Origin: Octopus vulgaris
Lineage: Eukaryota
Assembly: GCA_951406725.2 (NCBI GenBank)
Contig: OX597828.1
Coordinates: forward strand, 48,794,001-48,858,000
DNA length: 64,000 bases
Reading direction: 5' to 3'
Shown: in pieces, positions 25,251 to 38,343 of the stretch
Position numbering within the stretch: the stretch's first letter is position 1
How the letters are laid out: each line of letters opens with the position of its first letter
Made by a program: the position numbers and the translations under genes
The notes under the pieces: generated by a model
The model's database searches: none
Seen by the model: only the letters and a program-made list of their open reading frames with translations
Told to the model about the DNA's origin: nothing

Positions 25251-25829
25251 ATGTATGTATGTATGTATGTATGTATGTATGTATGTATGTATGAGAGTGC
25301 ATGGCCTACTGGTTATGGTGTAGCACTCACGATCGCGAGGTTGTGGTTTCAATTCCCGGACGGGATGGCGAGTTGTGTTCTTGAGCAAAACACTTCATCT
25401 CACATTGCTCTTTGATCACTTCGACACCTGATGTGTGGTACGCTGTGCACCTGTTCAGGTAACGTCGGTTTGATACAGTACAAGCATTTGATCACTATAA
25501 ACAAATCATTTGTGCATCTTGTTGGACAAAAAAAATCACAGAACCGTCTTTCTCGGACGAGGAGAGAAAAACCATCACTGAAGTGTGTATGTATGTGTTT
25601 GAGTATGCATGGTTTGCCGGGTAACCCCCGAGGTAAATGGTCATTAATAGACTACGTTTCAGGTAAACACCCAAGAGACGTCGACACTTGAGATACATAT
25701 TCACTGATTGGCTAAGTGCCGGAGCAGAGTTAATTAATAGCTAATAACATAAATAGATATTGATAGCCCAAATACGAGGCTACCGACAAAGATAAAAGAG
25801 ATAGGGCTACAACTGAGCTGAATAGAGGT

Positions 25830-26285
25830 GGCGGTGGTGGTGGGGACTTGGGTGGGGTGATGATGATGATGATGATGATGATAGGGGTGGTAGTAATGAT
25901 GGTGGGATGGTGGCGGTGGTGATCATGATCATGATGATGACGATGATAGCGTAGCGATGGTCATGGTGGCGTTAGTGATGAAGTTGATAAAAATAGTAAC
26001 ATTAGACGAAAGAGGAGTTGTTGATGATGTTTGAGATAATGGTGGTGGTAACGATGATGATGATGATGATGATGATGACGATGATGATGATGACGATGAT
26101 GATGATGACGATGATGATGATGATGACGATGATGGTGGTGATGATGATGATGATGATGATGTTTGAGATAATGGTGGTGGTAACGATGATGACGATGACG
26201 ATGATGACGATGATGATGATGATGATGATGGTGATGACGATGATGATGATGATGACGATGATGGTGGTGATGACGATGATGGTGG

Positions 26286-26366
<81 letters not shown>

Positions 26367-27026
26367 CGATGATGATGATGACGATGATGATGATGACGAT
26401 GATGATGATGATGGTGATGATGATGATGGTGATGATGATGACGATGATGACGATGATGATGGTGCAGGTGGTGGTGGTGGTGGTGATGCTGCAGTTACTG
26501 GTCCTATTGACGAAAGAGCAGACGGAACGGGGACGAGGGAGGAAAAAGGGGATAGAAGATATGGATGGAGGGATAGAGGGATGGGAGGGGGGTAGCGGCG
26601 GGACGAAGGCTTCATGCGATATCATTGCTAACGATGTTTTAATTATTGCAAACAATCTCAACAACAGTTTCAATTACTACAACAACTACTACTACTATTA
26701 CTATAACAACAACTACTACTACAACTTCTACTACTACTACTACCACCACCACCACCACTACTACCACCACCACTACTACCACTATCACCACTACTACTAC
26801 CACCACCACCACTACTACTACATCTACAAGTACTACACTACTACAACTACTATTTCTACTACATCAACTGCTACTATTATAGCTACTACAAATACAACTA
26901 CAACCGTAACTACTACCACCACCAACACCACCACCACCACAACAACAACAACATCAACTACTACTACTACTGTTGTTGCTATCAGTTATACTGCTATTAT
27001 TGTTACTACTACTACAGTTACGGCTG

Positions 27027-27063
<37 letters not shown>

Positions 27064-27303
27064 CACCACCACCACCACTACCACCACCACTACTACCACT
27101 ACTACCACCACAACCACAACTACCACCACTACTACTACATCTACAAGTACTACAACTACTATTTCTACTACATCAACTGCTACTATTATAGCTACTACAA
27201 ATACAACTACAACCGTAACTACCACCACCACCACAACAACAACAACATAAACTACTACTACTACTACTACTGTTGCTGCTATCAGTTATACTGCTATTAT
27301 TGT

Positions 27304-27346
<43 letters not shown>

Positions 27347-27350
27347 GCCT
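25830..27350. repeat. Compound trinucleotide satellite: (GAT/GAC/GGT)n then (ACT/ACC/ACA)n, with internal segmental duplications
   Basis: gtttgagataatggtggtggtaacg repeated at about 26029 and 26161; block catctacaagtactac...actgctattattgtt repeated at about 26820 and 27138. Confidence 0.9.
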
Positions 27351-27760
27351 CCACCACACTCCGGTGGATCGGTTGCTCTGCACGAGTGCCAAGCGAGAAA
27401 CTGATACCCACAATTAGTCTATAGCAAGATTAAATGTTTTTTTGTTTTTTTCTAAATCAGTCGAGATAAGAGAGAGAAACTGCAGCTGTTTATTTGTGGG
27501 GCCCCTTTAAAGGGAACATACCAGAATAGAAAAAAACAATGCAGCAGGGAGTCAAAAGACCCCTTCACTGAATTGTATACAATCCCTTGACTTTATTTTA
27601 TTTCATTTTTAGACAACTTAGCAGGAGTTCTGTTTGCTTTTGACAGCCACCGATTTGTTTCTGGAGTGTTCTCTGGTATTTAATAGAAATTTTAGGAGTA
27701 TGTGACTGTCTTTTGGACAGATATAGTGGGTTGATTATTCGCGTTGCGCGTAGATGTTGA

Positions 27761-27792
<32 letters not shown>

Positions 27793-27858
27793 GCAGACAG
27801 ACAGGCAGGCAGGCAGGCAGATAGATAGATAGATAGATAGATAGATAAGCAGACAGAC

Positions 27859-27920
<62 letters not shown>

Positions 27921-27922
27921 GC

Positions 27923-28023
<101 letters not shown>

Positions 28024-28025
28024 TG

Positions 28026-28250
28026 TTTCTTTATTAGCCACACAGGGCTGCACACAGACAGAACAAATTACAAGGTAGAGCTTTTCTTTTGGGGGTAAAA
28101 AAAAGGGGGTTGGTTTTCGATCAAAAGGGATCGTAAAAGAAAAGAAAGGGGACAAAAAAGGGGAGGATTTTAAAAAAGGGGGGGGGAGAAAAAAGAAAAG
28201 GGAGGAGGAAAAAAAGTTGATCAATAGGGATCGTAATCACAGAAATGTCA
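28026..28250 (-). mobile_element. 3' end of a LINE-like element embedded in (GATA)n; second copy at 50659-50840
   Basis: Two copies share tttctttattRgccacacagggctgcacacaga...acaaggtagagcttttcttttggggg...ttttcgatcaaRagggatcgtaaaag; both have GATA repeats on each side. Confidence 0.7.
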
Positions 28251-28729
28251 AGATAGATAGATAGATAGATAGGTTTCCATTGCTTCGATTTCCGATTAAT
28301 ATCGGGCACCTTTAATACAGGGTACCAGGCTGATTTCGAACCTGTCTCGCACGCAACTTAACATGTTACTAGGGCAGTGTTTCTGTCTTTTTTGTTTCTT
28401 CATCTTTTTAGTATCCCAGCTGTCACCAAAATGTTCAAAATTTTTACTTTTTATATCCAATGCGCTTCGCCTGTTGTCTCCCTTCAGCAAGACTCTGCTC
28501 TTCTAACGATTTCGATAATAGTTGCTTTACCTCAGTATTCGTCTTTTATCGTTCATCTTTTACTTGTTCCAATCATTTGACTACGCCCATACTGGAACAA
28601 AACCTCGAGGGATTTAGTCGAACAAACCGACCACAGTACTTGTATTTTAAAGCCGAGTACTTATTCTGTAGAAACGCTATGTTATAGGAGTGTAAAAAAA
28701 CCAACACTGGTTGTCAAAACCCGCACCTA

Positions 28730-29460
28730 TACAGTGCGAATGCACGTGGGCTGAGGTCACCTTGGAGACAGAGTCAACTGCTCAACGATCTCAGATCTCT
28801 AGAAATCGATGCGGTGGCCATTAGGAAGACCAGCGTTTCCGATCCACAATCCTTTATTTCCATTTTCAGTGGATATGAAATTTATTTATTTCCAAGTTGA
28901 CAGGGATTGGGAGACAGAAATGTTGTGTTGTTTAAGAATGGTCTAGATTTCACGAGACGGACCACCTTCTTCGGTACCTAAAGTAAGTTGGCGGTCGTGG
29001 ATGTAAACAACAGCGAGAAGGGTGTCTTTATATTATTATCAGTTTGTGTTCCGACAGGGACGGGACAGCGGCGTTTCTTAAAGTATATGGAGGTTTTTCA
29101 AGGAATGTTTTGCTCTTTAGTGCTTGTGGGCAACTAGAACTCGATCTTGGATGCACGTTTGGATTGTGGGGCTAACTGATCAGAGACGATGTACAATAGC
29201 GTTTCAAATCTGCTTAGACGCTTCCAGTTACTTGACAGGTGCCGACTGAATTATGTGTATGTGCTAATATCGACAAGAACAAACCACATCCGAATAGTAC
29301 CTTGATGGAATAATTTGTAGGCCGGTAAGTAAAGATATCATATGATGTCGACAATTTGTGATCTATACAGTCGACCAAGATATGCGTCGTTGACAGGGAC
29401 TCGGTTAAAGATCGCTAAACGCGTCCCTCCCGGCACGCCAAGCTCACAGAATTATTATTT
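28730..29460 (+). pseudogene. Decayed apurinic-like endonuclease (ORF2 N-terminus) of a Tx1/L1-type LINE
   Basis: SANARGLRSPWRQSQLLNDLRSLEIDAVAIRKT (NxxG...xQET region) and KLAVVDV...LLSVCVP...LVLVGN*NSILDARLD (GDFN region), with stops and frameshifts. Confidence 0.65.
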
Positions 29461-29964
29461 TTATTAAGGCGGCGAACTGGCAGAATCGTTAGCAACCTGG
29501 GTGAAATGCTTAGCGGTATTTCGTCTGTCGTTACGTTCTGAGTTCAAATTCCGCCGAGGTCGAATTTGCCTTTCATAAATTAAATACCAGTTGCGTACTA
29601 GGGTCGATGTTATCAATTCATCCCCTCCCCCAAAATTTCAGGCCTTGTGCCTATAATAGAAAGGATTATTATTATTTTAATTGTTACTTTAAGACTGAGC
29701 GCTGGTTAGCATGCCGGATAAAATGCTTAGCGGCATTTCGTCCGTCTTTACGGAGTTGGCAGAATCGTAACCGCTTCAGGAAATACGCTTTGCAGCATTA
29801 CTTCTGGCTTATATATTCTGAGATCAAATTCCACTAAATTTTATCTTTTTCTCATCCATTTGGAGTCGATTAAATAAGCACCAGTTCAATGTTGAGTCGA
29901 TGTAACCGACTTGGACCATCCACCCCGCCCGACCTTGCTGGTCTTGTGCCAAAATTAGAAACCG

Positions 29965-30203
29965 AGCTGTTAGAATCGTTAGCACGCCGGGTGGAATGAT
30001 TAGCGGTATATTGTTTGCCGCTATGTTGTAAGTACAAATTCCGCCGAGATCGACTTTGCCTCTCATCCTTTCGGGGTCAATAAATTAAGTACCAGTTACG
30101 CACTGGGGTCGATGTAATCGACTTAATCCCTTTGTCTGTCCTTGTTTGTTCCTTCTATGTTTAGCCCCTTGTGGGCAATAAAGAAATAAGAATCGTTAGC
30201 ACG
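29965..30203 (+). mobile_element. SINE family S2 with LINE-like tail
   Basis: agaatcgttagcacg occurs at both 29972 and 30189. Confidence 0.8.
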
Positions 30204-30409
30204 GAAACATTTATATGTTTCCTATATATATATGTATTTTTATATTTTTTTTATATATCTATATATTTATATATTTCTTTATATTTTTATGCATTTATTA
30301 TTCTAGATGTTGTAATGTTAAAATATATATATCTTTAGTCGCTAAAGTATTAATCATTAACTTTTAACCGCGATGGACTGCATTCAAACATTTTCCTTAT
30401 GTCTTTCTT

Positions 30410-30816
30410 TTTTTAGTCTTTTACTTGTTTCAGTCATTTGACTGCGGCCATGCTGGAGCACCGCCTTTAGTCGAGCAAATCGACCCCGGGACTTATTCTT
30501 TGTAAGTTCAGTACTTATTCTATCGGTCTCTTTTGCCGAACCGCTAAGTGACGGGGACGTAAACACACCAGCATCGGTTGTCAAGCAATGCTAGGGGGGG
30601 GGGGGGCAAACACAGACACACAAACACACACATATATATCTATATACATATATACGACAGGCTTCTTTCAGTTTCCGTCTACCAAATCCACTCACAAGGC
30701 ATTGGTCGGCCCGGGGCTATAGCAGAAGACACTTGCCCAAGATGCCACGCAGTGGGACTGAACCCGGAACCATGTGGTTGGTTAGCAAGCTACTTACCAC
30801 ACAGCCACTTCTGCGC
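30410..30816 (-). mobile_element. SINE family S1, full length
   Basis: Reverse complement of the S1 consensus. Confidence 0.9.
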
Positions 30817-31190
30817 TTATATTATCCTTATATGCTTGTACTGATGAGTTGTGTTTCATCTTCCGTGATGTTATACATGTATATTCTATGTGAAAGAAAA
30901 AGCATTATGTGAATAAATGTTCGAGATATGAAATGTTACGTGGATGACCTTATATTTGTTTGTTCTGCAATCATAGGTTAATATATATGTATGTATATAT
31001 ATCAATATACAATATATATATATATGTTTATATATATGCATATATATGTATATGTATATATATATATATGTTTCCGACGAAGAGCTCCGCTCGAAACGTT
31101 AAACCCTCCTTCTTTCCTGGGCGTCCAATAATACTATATTTGTTCCACGTCCTCGCGTTGTTGTGTTTTTTTGTGCTTTCATGTTTGGAT

Positions 31191-31242
<52 letters not shown>

Positions 31243-32151
31243 GTGTGTGTGTATATATGTATATGCATATATATGTATGTATATGTATGTATATATAAAT
31301 ATATATATGTCTGTATGAATATACAGATAAGTTTCTATACTATATATACATATGTATACATAAATCAATATATTATATATATGTGTATATATATGTATGC
31401 ATGCATGTATGTATGTATATTATATGTATATATATACATGCATACATACAAACATACATACATACATACATACATACATACATACATACATACATGCATA
31501 CACATATATATATCATATATAATACGCGTGTGTGCCAGCGCGTACGTATGCATGTATGAGCGCGGATATGTGTGTGTGAGCATGCATGCGCGTGTGTGTG
31601 TGTGTGTGTGTGTGTGCGTGAGCGAGTATGCGTGTGTATTTGTTCAAAATCCCCACCAAAGTAGCGCCCGCCTTTCATCTTTCAAGACTCTTTAAAACAA
31701 GTACCACCGAAGTACTTGAACAAATTTATTCAACAATTCACCAAAGGTTGCTCACTTTCAGCTTTATATTTTATATTATTAATTACAATTTCGTCACATT
31801 TTCTTTTCATTTTATATATCTTTCCTTTGTTGCTTACTCTTAGGTCTCTCCATCGTTAATTCTTAAGTACTCCCTGACTTCTTATACTCAATATACTCTA
31901 TCTATACTCTCTACCATTCCACTTCTAATTCGCTACATTTACCTCGCATTATATTATTATTTTATTAATATTTTTTTTCTTTTTATTTGGTTGTTTAATT
32001 GTTTTTCATCGTATCCTTCCCACTGTCTGTCTTTCAAATTTGGGGTCCTTTGAAACTCCTTTCTTTTTTCCTTCTGTCTATCTTGCCTTTCTTTCGTTTT
32101 TGATTCTTCTCGTTCTTTGTTTCTTATATATATATATACATACATACATCA

Positions 32152-32240
<89 letters not shown>

Positions 32241-32827
32241 AACATACATACATACATACATGTAATGTATGAAATGTATGCATGTATGTAAATGTATGTC
32301 TACATACATGTACGCACATACCTAAACACACACACACATATATGTATGTGTGTATACGTTCCATCTCAAATTTTATTTACTTTCCCAAGAAAAAAGAAAC
32401 TTAAATATATGTGTGCGTCTCCGTCTGTTTTGTATATACACACTCATACATATATACATACATATATATATATACATACACACACATCCATCTATGTATA
32501 TGTACGTTTGTGCATACACACACACACACACACACACACATATTCCATACTTAACTTTTATTTACTTTCCCAAGAAAAAATATATAACTTCACGACTTGT
32601 CTTCTTTTCTGAAATTTATTGCAAAACTGATGTTTTCTTAAGTATTTTTTCTTTTAAACGAGCAAAACAAATAGATTTTATACTCCCTCACACTTTATAC
32701 ACCCTCACATTGTATACCCACACACACCCTTCACACTCACGCCCATACGCTTATGTACGTCCGTGCGCGAGCATCAAGTGTGTGTATGTGTGCTGGTGAG
32801 AAGGTGGGTGTGTTCGTAGCGCTGAAT

Positions 32828-32868
<41 letters not shown>

Positions 32869-33189
32869 CATGTATATCTTGTATGTAAATAAATGCGTGA
32901 ATATATGCACTTATTTTTATGGAAGTATATGCATATTTACACTCACCACACAGACACAAACACAGGCACACACATACAGACATACAGTACACACACACAC
33001 ACACATATATATATATACACATATATATATGTTTGCGTGTAAGTTGGTATATAAAAAAGATAGATAGGGATATAGATACATAGATAGACAGACAGAGAGA
33101 GAGAGAGAGAGAAAGAGACTGACAAACAGACAGACATTCAGATGGACAGACAGACTGACAGTCAGGCAGATCGATAGATAGATAGGTAT

Positions 33190-33402
33190 ATTTCTTTACT
33201 GCCCACAAGGGGCTAAACATAGAGGGGACAAACAAGGACAGACGAACGGATTAAGTCGATTATATCGACCCCAGTGCGTAACTGGTACTTAATTTATCGA
33301 CCCCGAAAGGACGAAAGGTAAAGTCGATCTCGGCAGAATTTGAACTCACAACGTAACGGCAGACGAAATACCGCTAAGCATTTCGCCCGGCGTGCTAACG
33401 TT
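33190..33402 (-). mobile_element. SINE family S2, 5'-clipped, flanked by GATA repeats
   Basis: Reverse complement of S2 core and tail. Confidence 0.85.
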
Positions 33403-33474
<72 letters not shown>

Positions 33475-33475
33475 A

Positions 33476-33514
<39 letters not shown>

Positions 33515-36065
33515 AAGGCAGACAGAGTCAGACAGACAGACAGATAGATAGTACATATGTGTTTTACATCAAAGAAGAGAAGAGTACTTGTAATAAGAAG
33601 AGAGTAACACACATCTTGTATTATAGCCGTCACCGACGAGCGAGGCTTTAAAACAGGTACCATGCTTTCACCATTTACTTTAGATGCTTATGCTATCTGT
33701 AAGAAGGCGCATGGCTCAGTGGTTAGAGTTTCGAACTTACGATCGTGAGGTTGTGAGTTCGATGACCGGACCGGGTTGCGTGTTGTGTTCTTGAGCAAGA
33801 CACTTTATTTCACGTTGCTCCAGTTCACTCAGCTGTAGAAATGAGTTGTGACGTCACTGGTGCCAAGCTGTATCGGCCCCTTTGCCTTTCCATTGGATAA
33901 TATCGGTGGCGTGTGAAGCGGAGAGGCCGGTATGCATGAGCGACTGCTGGCCTTCCACAAACAACCTTGCCCGGAGGGTAACTTTCTAGGTACAATCCCA
34001 TGGTCATTCACGATCGAAAGGGTCTCCTCAAGAGGACGCCTTCTCAGACACCTTGTCAGCTTCTCACCCTTGTCAAACTGGAATATCCAAGGGATGACAA
34101 CTGGAAATGAAGAGGGCTGTACCAACATCCAGCAGGTATTCATTATAGCTGAGTACACAGGAACAACGCAAAATAAGGTACTTTGCCAAAAGACATACCG
34201 CACAGTAACATCCAAGAATTGACCCCATGACTTTATGGTGTGGTAAGAATCTTGCTTCCTAGCTACATGGTCCCGGGTTCCGTCCTGCTGCGTAGCGCCT
34301 TGGACAAGTGTCTTCTGCTATAGCCATGGGCCAACCAATGCTTTGTGAGAGGATTTAATAGACGGAAACTGAAAGAAGCCCGTTGTGTATTCATGTGTAT
34401 GTGTGTGTGTGTGTGTTTGTGTACGTACGTTTGTATATACGTGTGTGTATGTGTGTGTTTACGCATGTATGTGTATGTGCGTACGTATGTATGCACATGT
34501 GTATGTGTGTGTGTGTGTATGTGTGTGTAATGCAAATTAGTTAGAATGAGGAAACTATGTGTTAGCGCGACTTGCTACAATTAGTTAAATCTCTCTCAAA
34601 TCAAACACTGACATCTTAAGACGGACACGCTGGAAAACATGGTCCTGGATTCTCTACACACAAGAAAAAGATGGAATGGTCACAGCTGGAATGTCTTCGT
34701 TCATAGGACTTCTCAATTAGGGTTGACGTGGAGACTTAACAGCACCAACGATAGCAAGTAGATGGAATATAGGGATAAAGAAAGGAAAGAGAGAGAGAGA
34801 CAGAGAGACAGACAGACAGGAGTAGTGAGTGACAGAGAGGAAGAGAGGAAGATTCAGCATGACACAGAATGTGACAAAGCTGGCCCTTTGAAACAGGTAC
34901 AACTCATTTTTGCCAATTTAGTGGACTGGAGTAACCCGAAATAAAGTGTGTTGCTCAAGGGCGTAATGCATCACCGGGTATCGAACTCACGATCTTACGA
35001 CCGTAAGCCGAATACTCTAATCCCTAAGCCCCGTGCCATCACCATTTTTCGATAAAAGCACTGTAAGACAACCCCTCCCTCTCTTTCGTCATCTTCCTCT
35101 TCAAATGCTACTTGAAGAAGTTGATAGGAAATTGCTACCTTCAAACCTTTCAGACAAGTCTACCACACAACCTCTTACGGCACAACTATCAGGCAGAGAA
35201 AGATTTGCCTCTCTTTCCTTCTAAAGGGAATGGTGCGTTGACCTTCACTACAGATTCGGTAGAAAGCCGGATTCGTCCTACATGTAACGTCAGCCCACAA
35301 ATCACTATTGCACGGATTCCAATGATGGTTTTTGTCGATTTGCATGCATCTCGAACAAGTTCGGTTATTAACACTTCCGTACCCGAAGAACGTTTCAAAC
35401 AGATGTATCCCTGCAACACTGCTATGCCAAGGATTTGTGGAAGTTGTTTGTAGTCTTCCAGAAGAGCCTATTCCGACTGTGCCAGTCGTTGCTCAGAATC
35501 AATCTCAGGCAATCATCGCTGATACTCTTGATTACCCGCCGCCTAAAAAAATTTTAGAGTAATTTCCTGCTGACCTTTTTGACTAGTTTCTACAATGCTT
35601 TGAGCGCCTGGAAACATTTTAGGTGTCAAAAGCACAATCTTGGTTTACGCTTGACCCATCACTGCCTCTCGGTCAAAGAGACAAGCTACGGAAAGACGTG
35701 TCGCCCGAGACATCCACATCAGTTTTCACTCGGTTTCACCATCGTCGTTAACACTACCGCAGTGATCTAGATATTTCTGCAGGCGTTGCACCTTCAATGC
35801 ATCTCAGTGCATCCTCATGGACGGCACCTCGAGACCACCTTAAAGTGGGTGTCGACAGCAGATGGACTTCCTGACCAGCGGAACCTGCTCTCCCGACCCT
35901 TGTCCGCAGATCATTAACCACAAGATTTCGGGTCGTCTTTGCAGAGGGTACTGGTACCAGACGACTCAACTAGACAGCGAAACTTGTCCCTGGCAGACAT
36001 TCCTATCAAGTTTGATATGGCCTGGATAAAAACATTGCGATCAAATTGTGATACAGGCAGACAGT

Positions 36066-36174
<109 letters not shown>

Positions 36175-36257
36175 TAGTTTATTGAAACTAAATATTTACC
36201 TCGTGAATCGATTTTCACGCCATTAGGATCGTCAGTTCAATAGCAAATTAAAAGCAG

Positions 36258-36427
36258 CGCACATATCGAATTTAATCTTTTGATTATCGACCGCACATAT
36301 TCAATTTACTCTTACGATTATCGATCGCACATATTGAATTAAATCTTTTGATTATCGACCGCATATATAGAATTTAATCTTTTGATTATCGACTGCACAC
36401 ACTGAATTTACTCTTACGTAATTATCG
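36258..36427. repeat. 34-bp minisatellite, about 5 diverged units (cgcacatatcgaatttaatcttttgattatcgac)
   Basis: Directly visible tandem units. Confidence 0.85.
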
Positions 36428-36764
36428 CCGTGGTATACCAGCAAATAATTTTTACACTATTTATATATAGTCATAGACTGGCGATTCGATTCAGGTACAG
36501 CCTATTGATAAGCCATAAAAATGACGAAATATCCTGAATGGGATTAAAGGCGAATACTCTCGCCTGTCTATGACTTTCAGATGTTTCGGCGTCTGAGGGA
36601 GTTGTCCCCGGACCGCTACCCCTCAGCGAGCCGGCGGATATACGAAACACATAGATTGAGTATGTGTGGTCGATAATATATATAAATATATATATAGGTC
36701 GAGCATCATAGCATATCAACATATACATATATATTATGCATTATATATAATATATGTATATGTA

Positions 36765-37132
36765 TCTCTCTATATATAAACGGCAAAATGTCTGTCTGTG
36801 TGTGTGTCCTTTATACAAATCTACAATTTTTCAGTTAGAGGGCTCGAACTTTCTATGGTCATTCAAAACCGTCCAAGGGTGGTCGTGCACATCTTTACAT
36901 TTCTTCAGTCACCCCTCAAAGCCATTAAAAAATCAATAGAAGTGACTTTTTTGTGAATTTTCTATCCAAAAGCCAATCAAAATGCCCGAAACTTGATACG
37001 CCAATTGAATGCCAGCTAGCTGTATGTGATTGGTCGGAGATTTGGACAGTACTCGCATGTATGTGTGCACGCACGCAGCTGTATATGCATGCACTAGCAC
37101 TATGACCCGGCAACGCCGGGTCATAGTGCTAG
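36765..37132 (+). mobile_element. Non-autonomous Helitron family HA; 5' fragment of a second copy at 55664-55833 (minus)
   Basis: A^TCtctctatatataaacggc 5' end; 3' hairpin cccggcaacgccggg followed by CTAG^T; no TSD. Confidence 0.8.
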
Positions 37133-37156
37133 TATATATATATATATATATATATA

Positions 37157-38331
37157 CTAGCAGTATCGCCCGGCGTTGCTCGGGTTGTAAGGGAAATAAC
37201 TATATAAGCATTTTTAGAGAGTTATAGCAAAAAAAATAGCAAAAAAAATGCATTAAAAATTGAAAAAAAATTAAGGTAATTTTTTTTTAAATCGTTGACA
37301 CATCGTAGATATTTTTAGAGAGTTACTTCCCTTATATAAAAGCGAAAAAAATGCATTAAAATGGAAAAATATGATGGTAATTTTTTTTTAAATCGTAGAC
37401 TCATCGTAGACGCGCGCTAATACCCAGAAGGGCTCGATATGAATCACGACTATAAGATACCCGCTTTTGGTTAAACTGCACCGCAAAATGTGGGAGTAAT
37501 TACGAATGTAAATCGAAGGGGACAGACACACAACTTCACTCTTATATAAAGATGCTTTTTTTTTCAGTCATAGAGTTAGATTTATGAAGGTCTTCAGTAG
37601 AAAATCCTTCGAATTCTGACTCGCTGCTTGATATAATGAAATTCGTATCCATTTTTTGTCAGAATTACAAATTTTGAAAACACAATAGGAACAAATTTCG
37701 GAAAAAAAATCTCCCATAATTCACGGAATTAAAATTACACTTCGATTTTTGTACAAAACTGTATTTGAAGTGTTTACGAAGTATAATACGTGTTTTCACG
37801 AATGTACTAAAGAAATTTACTCTGATATTCTCATTTAAATATGAATAGGTAAATTCGGGCGGTTTGGTAACGAAAGGGTTTATATAAGTGTCGTCTGTTT
37901 ATACATAAACACTGTTTCATACTTTCAGATTAGTCTTCCTCAAATCACTGTCGCTAATTTACTCTCTTCCAAGAACATTTTCACTCACTGTTATCTGTTA
38001 GCTTCCCATACATTTTACTCATGTATCTATCAGCGTGATAGACAGAAACAAATATTACATTTACTTTCATTTTATTCGTTGCCCACTGTGTGTGTGCGTT
38101 TGCGTGTGGTGTAAACCAGACTAAGAAAAGCATTTGACACACACACCAGAATGTGAGTTTTCTGTAAATTTTGCTTAATTGGAGTTTAAATTTTAAAAAC
38201 TGGACCTGGCATGACGCGATGCATTGTACTCTTAAAACTGCTAGGTAAATTGTAATTGAAGAAATCCTATATTGTAGATTTGTATAACTCCCAAAGGGAG
38301 GCAGATAAAATCTGCCTTTTATAATAAGAGA
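37157..38331 (-). mobile_element. Non-autonomous Helitron family HB, copy 1 (1175 bp)
   Basis: Minus strand begins TCtcttattataaaaggcag and ends cccgagcaacgccgggcgatactgCTAG; inserted at A^T in (TA)n. Confidence 0.85.
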
Positions 38332-38343
38332 TTTATATATATA

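Noticed and set aside
26018-27250. 410-aa ORF and overlapping poly-S/poly-I ORFs
   Set aside because: Translations of trinucleotide satellite with no domain content
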